55,578 bases of DNA from contig JAAZNL010000020.1 in the NCBI GenBank assembly GCA_012798315.1, positions 1 through 55,578 of the forward strand, read 5' to 3'. This document shows, piece by piece, positions 8,264 to 17,456 of the stretch. Both the position numbers and the translations under genes were made by a program. The notes below the pieces were generated by a model. It saw only the letters and a program-made list of their open reading frames with translations, was not told the origin of the DNA and did no database searches. The DNA comes from a candidate division WWE3 bacterium (GTDB lineage: Bacteria > Patescibacteriota > WWE3 > UBA101185 > UBA10185). Numbering within the stretch: the stretch's first letter is position 1; every line of letters begins with the position of its first letter.

Positions 8264-10144
8264 ATGTTTAAATCACTTTTTGACTCAAATGAACGCCAAA
8301 TCAATAGAATACGTGCTATCGTTGATAAAATTAATAAACTCGAACCGGAAATTTCTAAGTTAACGCCCGATGAAGTCAAAAGCAAAACCGAATATTGGAA
8401 AAATGAGCTAAGAGACCTTGATGCGTCCGCGCAAAACGATTATTTAAATAAAATACTACCGGAGGCTTACGCGCTAGTTCGTGAAACCGGCAAACGCGTT
8501 TTAAATATGCGCCACTTCGACGTTCAGTTAATTGCCGGCGTTACACTTCACGAAGGGAAAATCGCAGAACAAAAAACAGGAGAAGGTAAAACACTTACTG
8601 CAACTCTACCTTTATATTTAAACTCTCTTACCGGCAAAGGGGTTCACCTTATTACCCCTAACGATTATCTTTCGCGTCATGGCGCCGGATGGATGGGCCC
8701 ACTATACGAAGCATTAGGTGTATCCGTTGGCGTAATCATGGAAGACACTTCCGGTTTGGTATTTGATACTACATTCGAAAATCAAGCATATGAAGACAGT
8801 TACACAAAACATTTACGTCCCGCGCAAAAGAGGGAAGTCTATTCCTGCGATATCGTATATGGAACAAATCATAATTTCGGATTTGACTATCTAAGAGATA
8901 ACATGGTGCACTCGCTCGAATTAATGGTCCAGACCAATCCTATCGGTGATTGGGGTTATCATAATTTTGCCATTGTCGATGAGGTCGATTCCATACTTAT
9001 TGATGTTGCCAGAACTCCTTTGATCATTTCCCGAAGCGATGCAAAGCCTTCTGACCGATACATGGAAGCTAGCCGTATAGTAAAAACTCTGATTAAAGGT
9101 TCGGATTATGAAGTAGAAGAAAAATTCAGAAACGTTGCTCTATCGGATTTGGGTATCCGTAAAGTCGAGAGACTTTTAGGTGCCAAAAACCTTTATGAAG
9201 AAGACTTTGAAATGGTCCATTTAATTGAGCAGGCGTTATCTGCCAGTACACTTTATGAAAAAGATAAGGATTATGTTGTTAAAGACGGAAAAGTGGTCAT
9301 AATAGACCAGTTCACAGGTCGTCAGCTACCTAATAACCGTTTTTCCCATGGACTGCACCAGGCAATAGAAGCCAAAGAGAACGTAGCAATCCAGGAAGAA
9401 TCAAAAACCTTGGGTGAGATTTCTTACCAGAATTATTTTAGAAAATATCAAAAGTTAGCAGGTATGACGGGTACCGCAGCCACTGAAGCCGAAGAGTTTT
9501 ACAAAATATACAAATTAGACGTTGTAGTTATTCCAACCAATAGACCTATAAGTCGTACAGACGCGAATGATGTAGTTTATAAGACTGAATCTGCCAAATT
9601 TAAGGCTGTAGCCGATGAAATAGAGGAAAGACACAAGAACGGCCAGCCTGTGCTTGTAGGTACAACATCGGTTGAAAAAAGCGAACAACTGCACGAACTT
9701 CTCCGCCGCCGTGGTGTACCACACGAGGTTCTAAACGCTAAAAACCATGAACGCGAAGCTCTAATCATTGCTCAAGCAGGCAAGAGGGGTGCAGTGACAA
9801 TTTCCACAAACATGGCAGGACGAGGTGTAGACATCATTTTAGGGGGCGATCCACCCTATAGTGAGGAACAGGAAGCTGTAAAAAAAGCCGGCGGATTGCA
9901 TGTAATTGGGACAGAGCGGCACGAATCTAGGCGTATAGACAATCAGCTAAGAGGCCGAGCCGGAAGGCAAGGAGATCCCGGATCTTCCAAATTCTACGTT
10001 TCGCTTAAAGATGACTTAATGCGTATTTTTGGTGGAGATCAGGTTAGCAGACTGATGGATAAATTCGGAATAGACGAAAATATGCCTTTAGAGGCTGGTT
10101 TGGTAACCCGGGCTATTGAGAACGCTCAAAAGAGAGTTGAGTGA
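8264..10144 (+). CDS. secA: Preprotein translocase SecA, N-terminal DEAD-motor part (NBD1-PPXD-NBD2), ending at an in-frame TGA
   Basis: Walker [19 protein letters not shown]-like [11 protein letters not shown], and [10 protein letters not shown] / [21 protein letters not shown]. The ORF stops at TGA 10142-10144 inside conserved SecA sequence. Confidence 0.9.
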   Translation: MFKSLFDSNERQINRIRAIVDKINKLEPEISKLTPDEVKSKTEYWKNELRDLDASAQNDYLNKILPEAYALVRETGKRVLNMRHFDVQLIAGVTLHEGKIAEQKTGEGKTLTATLPLYLNSLTGKGVHLITPNDYLSRHGAGWMGPLYEALGVSVGVIMEDTSGLVFDTTFENQAYEDSYTKHLRPAQKREVYSCDIVYGTNHNFGFDYLRDNMVHSLELMVQTNPIGDWGYHNFAIVDEVDSILIDVARTPLIISRSDAKPSDRYMEASRIVKTLIKGSDYEVEEKFRNVALSDLGIRKVERLLGAKNLYEEDFEMVHLIEQALSASTLYEKDKDYVVKDGKVVIIDQFTGRQLPNNRFSHGLHQAIEAKENVAIQEESKTLGEISYQNYFRKYQKLAGMTGTAATEAEEFYKIYKLDVVVIPTNRPISRTDANDVVYKTESAKFKAVADEIEERHKNGQPVLVGTTSVEKSEQLHELLRRRGVPHEVLNAKNHEREALIIAQAGKRGAVTISTNMAGRGVDIILGGDPPYSEEQEAVKKAGGLHVIGTERHESRRIDNQLRGRAGRQGDPGSSKFYVSLKDDLMRIFGGDQVSRLMDKFGIDENMPLEAGLVTRAIENAQKRVE

Positions 10145-10189
10145 TTTAACTTCGACCGCAGAAAACAAACCGTTGAATATGACGACGTT

Positions 10190-10822
10190 ATGAACGTCCA
10201 CAGAGAGGTTGTGTATAAGTTAAGGCGTAGAATTTTAGAGATCAGCGAGGGTATAACCGAGTACGAATCATGGTTTATAGACAAGCTGGTTCAGGAGGCC
10301 GGTTTCGATATGACCGTTTGGGAAACCAAATCTAAAGACGTAGGCGAAAAACTATGGCGCAAAGTTGTCGGTGAGGTAAGCTTGGATATTTTGGACATTT
10401 TATGGATGGAACATCTAGTAGATATGGACCAAATTCGTGAAGGAATAGGTCTTAGGGGATATGCCCAGCGCGATCCGATGGTGGAATATAAAAAAGAGGG
10501 TCACGCTAGATTTGAACTTTTAGTAACAAAAATTTATCAAACAATTGCGGATAGACTGAGTAGAATCAGCCTTGAATATGCCCCAAGCCAGAAAAAAGAA
10601 ATAGTGGACAGCAGAAATCTAAGTTATAGACATGGTGAGTTGGAATCAGGTGTCGGAGAAGAAATGGCTGCAAAATCGCAACAAAGCCCGGATTTGGTTG
10701 ACACAGAAGGAAGACACATAAAAATTGAGAAAGTTCTCTCAGGCAAACAAAAAGTAGGCCGAAATGACCCCTGTCCTTGTGGCAGCGGAAAAAAATATAA
10801 AAACTGCCACGGAAGGGCATAA
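10190..10822 (+). CDS. secA: SecA C-terminal part (helical scaffold/wing, C-terminal zinc finger), same frame as 8264-10144
   Basis: The 15 codons between the TGA and this ATG already read FNFDRRKQTVEYDDV, which is SecA consensus. The C-terminus CPCGSGKKYKNCHG is the SecA zinc-binding tail. Confidence 0.85.
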   Translation: MNVHREVVYKLRRRILEISEGITEYESWFIDKLVQEAGFDMTVWETKSKDVGEKLWRKVVGEVSLDILDILWMEHLVDMDQIREGIGLRGYAQRDPMVEYKKEGHARFELLVTKIYQTIADRLSRISLEYAPSQKKEIVDSRNLSYRHGELESGVGEEMAAKSQQSPDLVDTEGRHIKIEKVLSGKQKVGRNDPCPCGSGKKYKNCHGRA

Positions 10823-10862
10823 AAACTGCTATGGAAAGGCATAAAAACTGCCTCGGTAAGGC
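10797..10862 (+). repeat. Three tandem imperfect 22-bp repeats spanning the secA stop codon
   Basis: ATAAAAACTGCCACGGAAGGGC (10797-10818), ATAAAAACTGCTATGGAAAGGC (10819-10840) and ATAAAAACTGCCTCGGTAAGGC (10841-10862). Confidence 0.85.
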
Positions 10863-10875
10863 GTAAGATTTTCTC

Positions 10876-11784
10876 ATGGATAAAACAGTTTTATTTACAT
10901 CTAAAATTAAGGAGCTGTACCCTGCTTTGTCAGAGGAAGTCTTAAAGAATTTGAATAAACCCAGATACAAAACTTTCAGGTATGTAACTCTGAAGAAAAA
11001 TGAAAACCTCTTGCCGGTAGAAGAATACAAAAAAGGACCGTTTCCAAACAGTTTTTACGTTGAAGATTCATACGACTTAACCGATACCCCGGCATTTGCA
11101 AACACAGATTTATATATACAAGGTTTTTCCAGCATGATACCGGCAATTATATTAGGTGCAAAACCCGGAGATAAAGTCATGGATATGTGCGCTGCTCCTG
11201 GTAGTAAAAGCTCGCAGTTAGCCAATTTAACAGGGGATAAAGTAAATATTACTTGTATTGATAATAATTCAGCCCGATTATTTGCATTAAAATCTAATTT
11301 ATCGGCTCAAAATGTTCAAAACTTTAAAATCATAAGAGCCAACGCAGCGGATATTCAATATGACCCTTCTTTTGTAAATCAGTTCGACAAAATTATTGCC
11401 GATGTGCCCTGCAGTAATGAAGGGAATATCAGGTTTTACGATGATAAGTTACTATCCAAATGGAATCCAAAGTTGGCTAAAAAAATATCAAAATTACAAA
11501 AAAGAATTTTAGCTAGCGGCATTAAAGCATTAAAAAAGGGTGGCAGACTGGTATATTCAACTTGCACATACTCATTAGAAGAAAATGAAGAGGTAGTGGA
11601 CTGGGCATTAAAACACTTTGAAGATGTAAAACTTGAACCAATTAATCTTCCGATAACAAACACTATTGCGGGTTTATGTAAAAATGGAAAAAAAGTTTTT
11701 GACAGCTCAATAACCAATTGTATCCGGGTGATACCTAACGATTTATTTGACGGGTTCTTTGTTGCTTCCCTGTTGAAGCTTTAG
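10876..11784 (+). CDS. RsmB/RsmF (NOL1/NOP2/Sun) family RNA cytosine-C5 methyltransferase
   Basis: DMCAAPGSKSSQ SAM motif, plus catalytic DVPCSNEG and YSTCT cysteine motifs. No NusB-like N-terminal domain. Confidence 0.85.
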   Translation: MDKTVLFTSKIKELYPALSEEVLKNLNKPRYKTFRYVTLKKNENLLPVEEYKKGPFPNSFYVEDSYDLTDTPAFANTDLYIQGFSSMIPAIILGAKPGDKVMDMCAAPGSKSSQLANLTGDKVNITCIDNNSARLFALKSNLSAQNVQNFKIIRANAADIQYDPSFVNQFDKIIADVPCSNEGNIRFYDDKLLSKWNPKLAKKISKLQKRILASGIKALKKGGRLVYSTCTYSLEENEEVVDWALKHFEDVKLEPINLPITNTIAGLCKNGKKVFDSSITNCIRVIPNDLFDGFFVASLLKL

Positions 11785-13440
11785 GGATTTAATAGCCTGA
11801 ACTGCTTGTACTGCCGGTTCAAACCCTGGATTTACCTGTAAAGTTTGACTAAAATACATTTCCGCTTGATCTAAATTACCAAGCTTGTATTCCAAAAATC
11901 CCAGTTTATATAAAGATTGATATAAATAAGGATTCATTTCATACGATTTAACAAGATATTCCCGGGCTAAATCATAGTTACCCAGTTCTAAGTATGTATA
12001 ACCTAGATTGTGTACAACATCTGCAAAATCCGGTTTAAGCTGTAGCGCTATCTGGAAGTGTTCTATAGCCTTTTGGAAATTATGTTCTTTAAAGTAAACA
12101 TCACCCAAGTTGTTGTAAACACGCGCACTGTATGGGGCGACCTTAAGTGTTGAGTTCCATAAATTTTTGTCGCTTTGCCAGTCCGCATTTCTGTACACAG
12201 TTCGTGTTGAATAGGCTAAAAACACGGCAGTTCCACCCACTTTTAGAAAATTGCTGAGTTTATATTTTTTTTCAAGGTAATAAATAAATAAGGCTATCAG
12301 CATGCTGAAAAACATACTTCCCCTGTACAAATATCTGTCTGCCATAAGCCATGCGACGGGAATAGGACTGAAAGATGGCAGCGTGGAAACCCAAAGTAAA
12401 CTCATTAAACCGGCTACAACTTTGTTTTTAAATAAAAAGTAAATAATCAAACCGGTAACAACTATTGTAAAAGCGACCATTACCGCAAAGTACTGTTCTG
12501 AAATTACGTAACCCTCGTGATAGATAGTTAGATCTTTAGGCCATACGTATTGTTTCCATGTCATAAACGCCGTATACGGCACCCGTTGAATAAACGGAGT
12601 AGCCTGCGAAACATCGTTATAGTACAAATTTTTTAGGTTATTGATTCTTTCGGTTAAGGATGTTGTCAGTAAAAAAACCGCGTGAAAACCTCCCAATGTT
12701 AACAACGGTATGTAATTTTTTATAACTTTAAAATTAATTTTACGTTCAACAAGCAGTTGGTCCACAATAATTACTATCAGGGGAATTGTAAAAACCCAAT
12801 TATCGGTAAAGAAAAGAATATATGTGGCGCAAATTACTATGGCCGCAACCATAAAGCCTTTTTGGCCGGTTCGTCGGTATAGCAAAAACGAAATTGTAAC
12901 CAGCAGGGTAAATAGTGTGAGAGCAAGGTAAATCCAGGCGGAAATCCACGATACAGCTTCGGTATTAATGGGGTGAACCAGAAATAAAAGCGACGACGCA
13001 AGCGATATAGATTTGTTAAAAATCAACGACGCCAGGAAATACACCAATATTGCGTTAATGGCGTGCAAAATTACTGAACGTACATGAAATATATACGGAG
13101 TTTGTTTGCCTATTTGAAACAGACCGGAGTCTATTATGGTGTTAATTTTTCCCGTATCCAAGGCTTTTTGAAAGTTTACGATTGTAGGGTTCTGCACCAA
13201 GCCCGGAATGTCATCCGCGATTAAAAAGTCCCCAGCAAGGGAATTCCCATAAACCACTATAGAGATTAAAAAAACCAGCAAAATAAACGGAGTTTGTTCT
13301 ATTAGGAAAGTTCTTACCGTTTCTTTATTTATGTGAACTTTTTTTGTCGTGTCGTAATCGGCCCAAAAACTTGTATTTACTGAGGGTTTCTTTTGCTCCT
13401 GACTGTGACCCTGATTGGGACTTTTTCTTTTCTTTTTCAT
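11743..13440 (-). CDS. Polytopic membrane protein with C-terminal TPR repeats, TMTC/PMT-like GT-C glycosyltransferase candidate
   Basis: About 11 predicted TM segments. GDFLIADD acidic motif in the first loop. C-terminal TPRs (YNNLGDVYFKEHNFQKAIEHFQIALQLKP, HNLGYTYLELGNYDLAREYL). Confidence 0.65.
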   Translation of the reverse strand: MKKKRKSPNQGHSQEQKKPSVNTSFWADYDTTKKVHINKETVRTFLIEQTPFILLVFLISIVVYGNSLAGDFLIADDIPGLVQNPTIVNFQKALDTGKINTIIDSGLFQIGKQTPYIFHVRSVILHAINAILVYFLASLIFNKSISLASSLLFLVHPINTEAVSWISAWIYLALTLFTLLVTISFLLYRRTGQKGFMVAAIVICATYILFFTDNWVFTIPLIVIIVDQLLVERKINFKVIKNYIPLLTLGGFHAVFLLTTSLTERINNLKNLYYNDVSQATPFIQRVPYTAFMTWKQYVWPKDLTIYHEGYVISEQYFAVMVAFTIVVTGLIIYFLFKNKVVAGLMSLLWVSTLPSFSPIPVAWLMADRYLYRGSMFFSMLIALFIYYLEKKYKLSNFLKVGGTAVFLAYSTRTVYRNADWQSDKNLWNSTLKVAPYSARVYNNLGDVYFKEHNFQKAIEHFQIALQLKPDFADVVHNLGYTYLELGNYDLAREYLVKSYEMNPYLYQSLYKLGFLEYKLGNLDQAEMYFSQTLQVNPGFEPAVQAVQAIKSLKLQQGSNKEPVK

Positions 13441-13490
13441 ATCTTCTTACTTTTGGGTTAAACTAATGTTAGTATACAATACCAGGTCGT

Positions 13491-14033
13491 ATGTCTATTA
13501 AGAATGTTATTTTAGAAACAGTTGAGACTATTGTCGTTTCAATAGCGGTAATAAGCTTGATATATTCCACAATTGCTTCCATAGAGGTAGTGCTAGGTTC
13601 CAGTATGGAGCCAAATTTTCATACTAACGAACGAATTTTGGTTGAACATGTAACCCGATTTTATAAACCATTTAAACGCGGAGAAGTGGTGGTTATCAGA
13701 CCTCCCGACGAAAATCGGCATTTTATCAAAAGGATTATCGGTATTCCCGGAGATGTTTTTAAGATTAAGGATTGCAAGATTCAAATATCCAGGGAAGGTG
13801 GAAAATTTGAGCTTGAAGAGCCTTATTTAGATAAAACATTGTGCACAAAAGGGGGATATAGTATCATAGAAGGCCGAGGTATACGTTTAAATGACAATGA
13901 ATATATCGTGTTAGGAGATAACAGACCTTTCTCGGTCGATTCCAGGTCGTTTGGGATTGTAGCTAAAGATAGGATAATTGGTAGAGTCATATTTATGTTT
14001 TGGCCGTTAAATAGAATAGGCTTTACAAAATAG
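13491..14033 (+). CDS. lepB: Signal peptidase I
   Basis: N-terminal TM segment, catalytic GSSMEPNF (Ser), KRIIGIPGD (Lys) and GDNRPFSVDSR boxes. Confidence 0.92.
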   Translation: MSIKNVILETVETIVVSIAVISLIYSTIASIEVVLGSSMEPNFHTNERILVEHVTRFYKPFKRGEVVVIRPPDENRHFIKRIIGIPGDVFKIKDCKIQISREGGKFELEEPYLDKTLCTKGGYSIIEGRGIRLNDNEYIVLGDNRPFSVDSRSFGIVAKDRIIGRVIFMFWPLNRIGFTK

Positions 14034-14037
14034 TTTG

Positions 14038-14066
14038 TTGACAGTATAAACGTACTGTGGTAACGT
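14038..14066 (+). promoter_or_regulatory. Putative promoter of the rpoBC-str operon
   Basis: TTGACA (14038-14043), a 17-nt spacer ending in TGg, then TAACGT (14061-14066). It overlaps the inverted repeat AACGTAtcgTACGTT (14062-14076). Confidence 0.4.
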
Positions 14067-14161
14067 ATCGTACGTTCTAACGGTCACTCCGGACTCATTT
14101 TACCTCGATAGGTAGATGAAACAGTAGTCATAAAATTAACGTTAATAAACAAAAAAATAGC

Positions 14162-17100
14162 ATGAGACATAGTTTTTCTAAAAGAAAAGTTGCGCTTCCT
14201 TTACCCAATTTAATATCCGTCCAAGTCAATTCATACGATTGGCTCAAAAACGTTGGACTTCAGGAGATCCTGGATGAGCTAGGTGAAATTGAAGACAATT
14301 CGGGCCGGGGTTGGATTATAAAGTTGTCGCAGCCCAAAATAGACAAAGAAAATATTTCAGAAGCCGAAGCTTTACGCAACGGCCGCACTTATGACGCTCC
14401 ATGGTACGTAACAGCTACCTTGGAAGATCCCATTAGAAAGCAAAAAAAAGAGCAGGTAATATACATGGGCGATATTCCCCTTATGACTCCAAGGGGAACT
14501 TTTATTATTAACGGGGTTGAAAGAGTTGTAATTAACCAGTTAATCAGATCTGAAGGTGTTTTATTCACCGGTGAGAATTCCCCTATTACAGGGGAGTTTT
14601 TAGCTGGAGCCAAAATATTACCTCGCAGCGGTGTCTGGTTGGAGATCGAAACCTCCAGAACAGGCATTATCAGTGTCAGAATTGACCGAAAAAGAAAAAT
14701 TACCGTTACGACATTATTGAGAGTATTTGGCTTAGAGACAGACGATCAGATTAAACAAGTATTTTCTCAGGTAGAGACAAACCCGGAAATGAATTACATA
14801 GATAGTACACTGGCTAAAGATCCGGCAAGTTCATACGATGAAGCATGTTTAGAGATATACAGAAAAATGAGACCGGGCGAACCACTGGTTTTAGAAAACG
14901 CGAAATCCCTGGTTGATGCAATGTTTTTTAACAAGCGACGATATAGTTTAGGGCCGGTCGGAAGGTTCAAACTAAATCAGGTGCTTGGTTTAAACTTCCC
15001 GAATGATCCTAAACACAGACTTCTTCAACTTGAGGATTTGATTAAGATCATTTCAAGAATAATCGAGCTTAATAACGGATTAGGTGAACCAAGTGATGTC
15101 GACTTTTTAGGCAACAGAAGAATCAAAAGTGTAGGGGAACTTTTACAGTGGCAGGTCAGAATAGGCTTTTTAAGAATGGAAAAGAACATAAAGGAAAGAA
15201 TGAGTCTTTCCCCCAGAGAATCTTTACCTGAGCCAACAAGTTTAATATCGCCAAGAGCTATCACCGCGTCAGTGCACAGTTTTTTTGCTACCGGTCAATT
15301 ATCCCAATTGCACGATCAGCAAAATCCTTTAACCGCGCTAGATCATTTGAGAAGAATTTCAGTTTTGGGTCCTGGTGGTCTAACTAAAGAAAGAGCAAGT
15401 ATGTCCGTCAGAGACGTGCATTATTCTTCGTTCGGTAGAATTTGCCCGGTCAGAACTCCTGAAGGTCCGAGTATAGGTCTAATTAATTACTTGGCTATGT
15501 ATGCCAAGGTTAACGAGTACGGATTCTTAGAAACTCCTTATATCAAGTTGGTTAAGGAATCTGACGGTAGAGTAAGACTAACAGACGAAATTGTATATCT
15601 GGCGGCATATGACGAAGAAAGTGTGTTTATTACCGATCAGTCTGTAGAGATTGACGATAATGGTTACATTACCGACAAACAAGTTCCTTTAAGAAAAGCG
15701 GGTAGTTTCATTTTAGGGGATGTTTCAAATGCTGAATATATTGAAGTTGTACCAAGACAAGTTGTCGGAATGTCAGCGGGCTTAATTCCTTTCTTACAAA
15801 ACAACGATATTGCCCGTGCATTAATGGGTACTCAACAAATGTCTCAGGCAGTTCCGCTTGTTAAATGCGAAAAACCAATTATTGGAACTGGTATCGAAAG
15901 GGAATTAGCACTAAATACCAACGCGCTTATTGTTGCCGAAGGTAACGGTGAAGTAGAATTTGCTGATGCCACACGGGTTGTAGTTGCCTATGAGGGTGAA
16001 AAGAAGAAAAACAAAGTAGAATACAAGGCACAGAAATTTATTCAAACAAACTCTGACACATGTTTTAACCAGGTTGTAATAGTATCATCCGGAGCAAAAG
16101 TTAAAAAAGGCGACGTCTTAATCGAAGGATCCGCTGTTAATCAAGGGGAAGTTGCTATCGGAACTAATGTAACCGTTGCCTATATGATTTACAAAGGTTT
16201 AGAGTTTGAAGATGGTATAGCTATTTCTGATAGATTAGTTAAAGAAGATGTCTTAACATCTATTCACGTTTCGGATTACACAATTCCGGTACTGGAAACT
16301 AAATTAGGTCCTGAAGAAATAACCAGAGATATACCAAATGTTTCTGAAGAATCTCTTAGAAACCTGGATGAAAACGGAATAGTAGCTATCGGATCCAAGG
16401 TAAAATCAGGGGATATTTTAGTAGGTAAAGTCGCTCCAAAAGGTGAAGTAGACTTGACAGCTGAAGAAAGACTTTTACGTGCCATTTTCGGTGAAAAGGC
16501 AAAAGATGTCAGAGATAACTCGTTATACATGCCGCATGGAGAACACGGTGTTGTTATAGGAATTAAAAAAGTTACAAAAGAAGAAAATGAACTTTTACCG
16601 GCAGGAACTTTAGAAGAAATCACTGTTTACGTTGCTCAACAAAAGAAAATTGAAATCGGCGACAAATTAGCTGGCAGACACGGTAACAAAGGTGTTATTT
16701 CAGCCATCGTACCCGCTGTAGATATGCCTTTACTAGAAGACGGAACCCCTGTAGATATCATCTTTTCATCTGAAGCAGTATTAAAAAGAATGAATGTCGG
16801 ACAAATACTTGAAGCTTCTTTAGGTATGGCGGGTAAGAAACTTGGAAAAACATACGAAGTGCCTTCCTTACAAGCCATTCCCGAGGAAATGATTATTGAA
16901 GAACTGAAGAAAGCGAATTTACCGGTATCAGGAAAAATGAAACTGATTGATGGTAGAACGGGAGATTACTTTGATCAGGAAATTGTTGTGGGGGATACAT
17001 ACATCTTAAAACTTATTCATATGTCAGAAGAAAAGATGCACGCCAGAAGCACCGGACCTTATTCATTGATTACACAACAACCTTTAGGAGGTAAAGCCCA

Positions 17101-17455
17101 GTTCGGAGGTCAAAGATTCGGGGAAATGGAAGTTTGGGCACTTGAAGCATATGGCGCGGCCGCAATATTACAGGAAATGTTAACAATCAAGTCGGATGAT
17201 ATGCTGGGTAGAACTCAGGCGTACAGCGCAATGATTCAAGGCCGAATAATTCCTGATTCTACGGTGCCTGAAACATTTAAATTATTAGTTAGGAAACTTA
17301 ACGGATTAGGATTGGGGCTCGAAGCTCTGATTACTGAAACCGAAGACACTGCAGCCTCTGCGGAAGATGAGAAGGCAGAAGAGCTTGCTCCAGGAGATCA
17401 AGTTTACGAGGAAGGTGAGCTCACAGAAGTGAGTTCCGAGGAGGATAAAAAATAA
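14162..17455 (+). CDS. rpoB: DNA-directed RNA polymerase subunit beta
   Basis: 1097 aa. Motifs GTFIINGVERVVINQL, RISVLGPGGL, AGRHGNKGV, and EMEVWALEAYGAA. Confidence 0.97.
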   Translation: MRHSFSKRKVALPLPNLISVQVNSYDWLKNVGLQEILDELGEIEDNSGRGWIIKLSQPKIDKENISEAEALRNGRTYDAPWYVTATLEDPIRKQKKEQVIYMGDIPLMTPRGTFIINGVERVVINQLIRSEGVLFTGENSPITGEFLAGAKILPRSGVWLEIETSRTGIISVRIDRKRKITVTTLLRVFGLETDDQIKQVFSQVETNPEMNYIDSTLAKDPASSYDEACLEIYRKMRPGEPLVLENAKSLVDAMFFNKRRYSLGPVGRFKLNQVLGLNFPNDPKHRLLQLEDLIKIISRIIELNNGLGEPSDVDFLGNRRIKSVGELLQWQVRIGFLRMEKNIKERMSLSPRESLPEPTSLISPRAITASVHSFFATGQLSQLHDQQNPLTALDHLRRISVLGPGGLTKERASMSVRDVHYSSFGRICPVRTPEGPSIGLINYLAMYAKVNEYGFLETPYIKLVKESDGRVRLTDEIVYLAAYDEESVFITDQSVEIDDNGYITDKQVPLRKAGSFILGDVSNAEYIEVVPRQVVGMSAGLIPFLQNNDIARALMGTQQMSQAVPLVKCEKPIIGTGIERELALNTNALIVAEGNGEVEFADATRVVVAYEGEKKKNKVEYKAQKFIQTNSDTCFNQVVIVSSGAKVKKGDVLIEGSAVNQGEVAIGTNVTVAYMIYKGLEFEDGIAISDRLVKEDVLTSIHVSDYTIPVLETKLGPEEITRDIPNVSEESLRNLDENGIVAIGSKVKSGDILVGKVAPKGEVDLTAEERLLRAIFGEKAKDVRDNSLYMPHGEHGVVIGIKKVTKEENELLPAGTLEEITVYVAQQKKIEIGDKLAGRHGNKGVISAIVPAVDMPLLEDGTPVDIIFSSEAVLKRMNVGQILEASLGMAGKKLGKTYEVPSLQAIPEEMIIEELKKANLPVSGKMKLIDGRTGDYFDQEIVVGDTYILKLIHMSEEKMHARSTGPYSLITQQPLGGKAQFGGQRFGEMEVWALEAYGAAAILQEMLTIKSDDMLGRTQAYSAMIQGRIIPDSTVPETFKLLVRKLNGLGLGLEALITETEDTAASAEDEKAEELAPGDQVYEEGELTEVSSEEDKK

Positions 17456-17456
17456 T

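Noticed and set aside
10142-10144. Genome-wide reassignment of TGA (code 25 Gly, as in Gracilibacteria/Absconditabacteria, or code 4 Trp) as the explanation for the secA in-frame TGA.
   Set aside because: TGA closes several conserved genes at their expected ends: rpoC at 21135-21137, rplX, rplF (tandem TGA TGA), rplR and rpsE. Reading through the rpoC TGA would fuse rpoC in frame to rpsL, because 13 sense codons lead directly to the rpsL ATG. No other large conserved gene here contains an internal TGA.
10142-10200. Selenocysteine insertion at the secA TGA.
   Set aside because: I see no SECIS-like stem-loop in the roughly 50 nt downstream. The aligned position is Gly or Ser in other SecA proteins and is not a redox Cys. 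No sel genes are present in the window.
10797-10862. The three 22-bp repeats as a CRISPR array.
   Set aside because: The units are directly adjacent with no spacers, there are only three of them, they overlap the secA coding end, and no cas genes are nearby.
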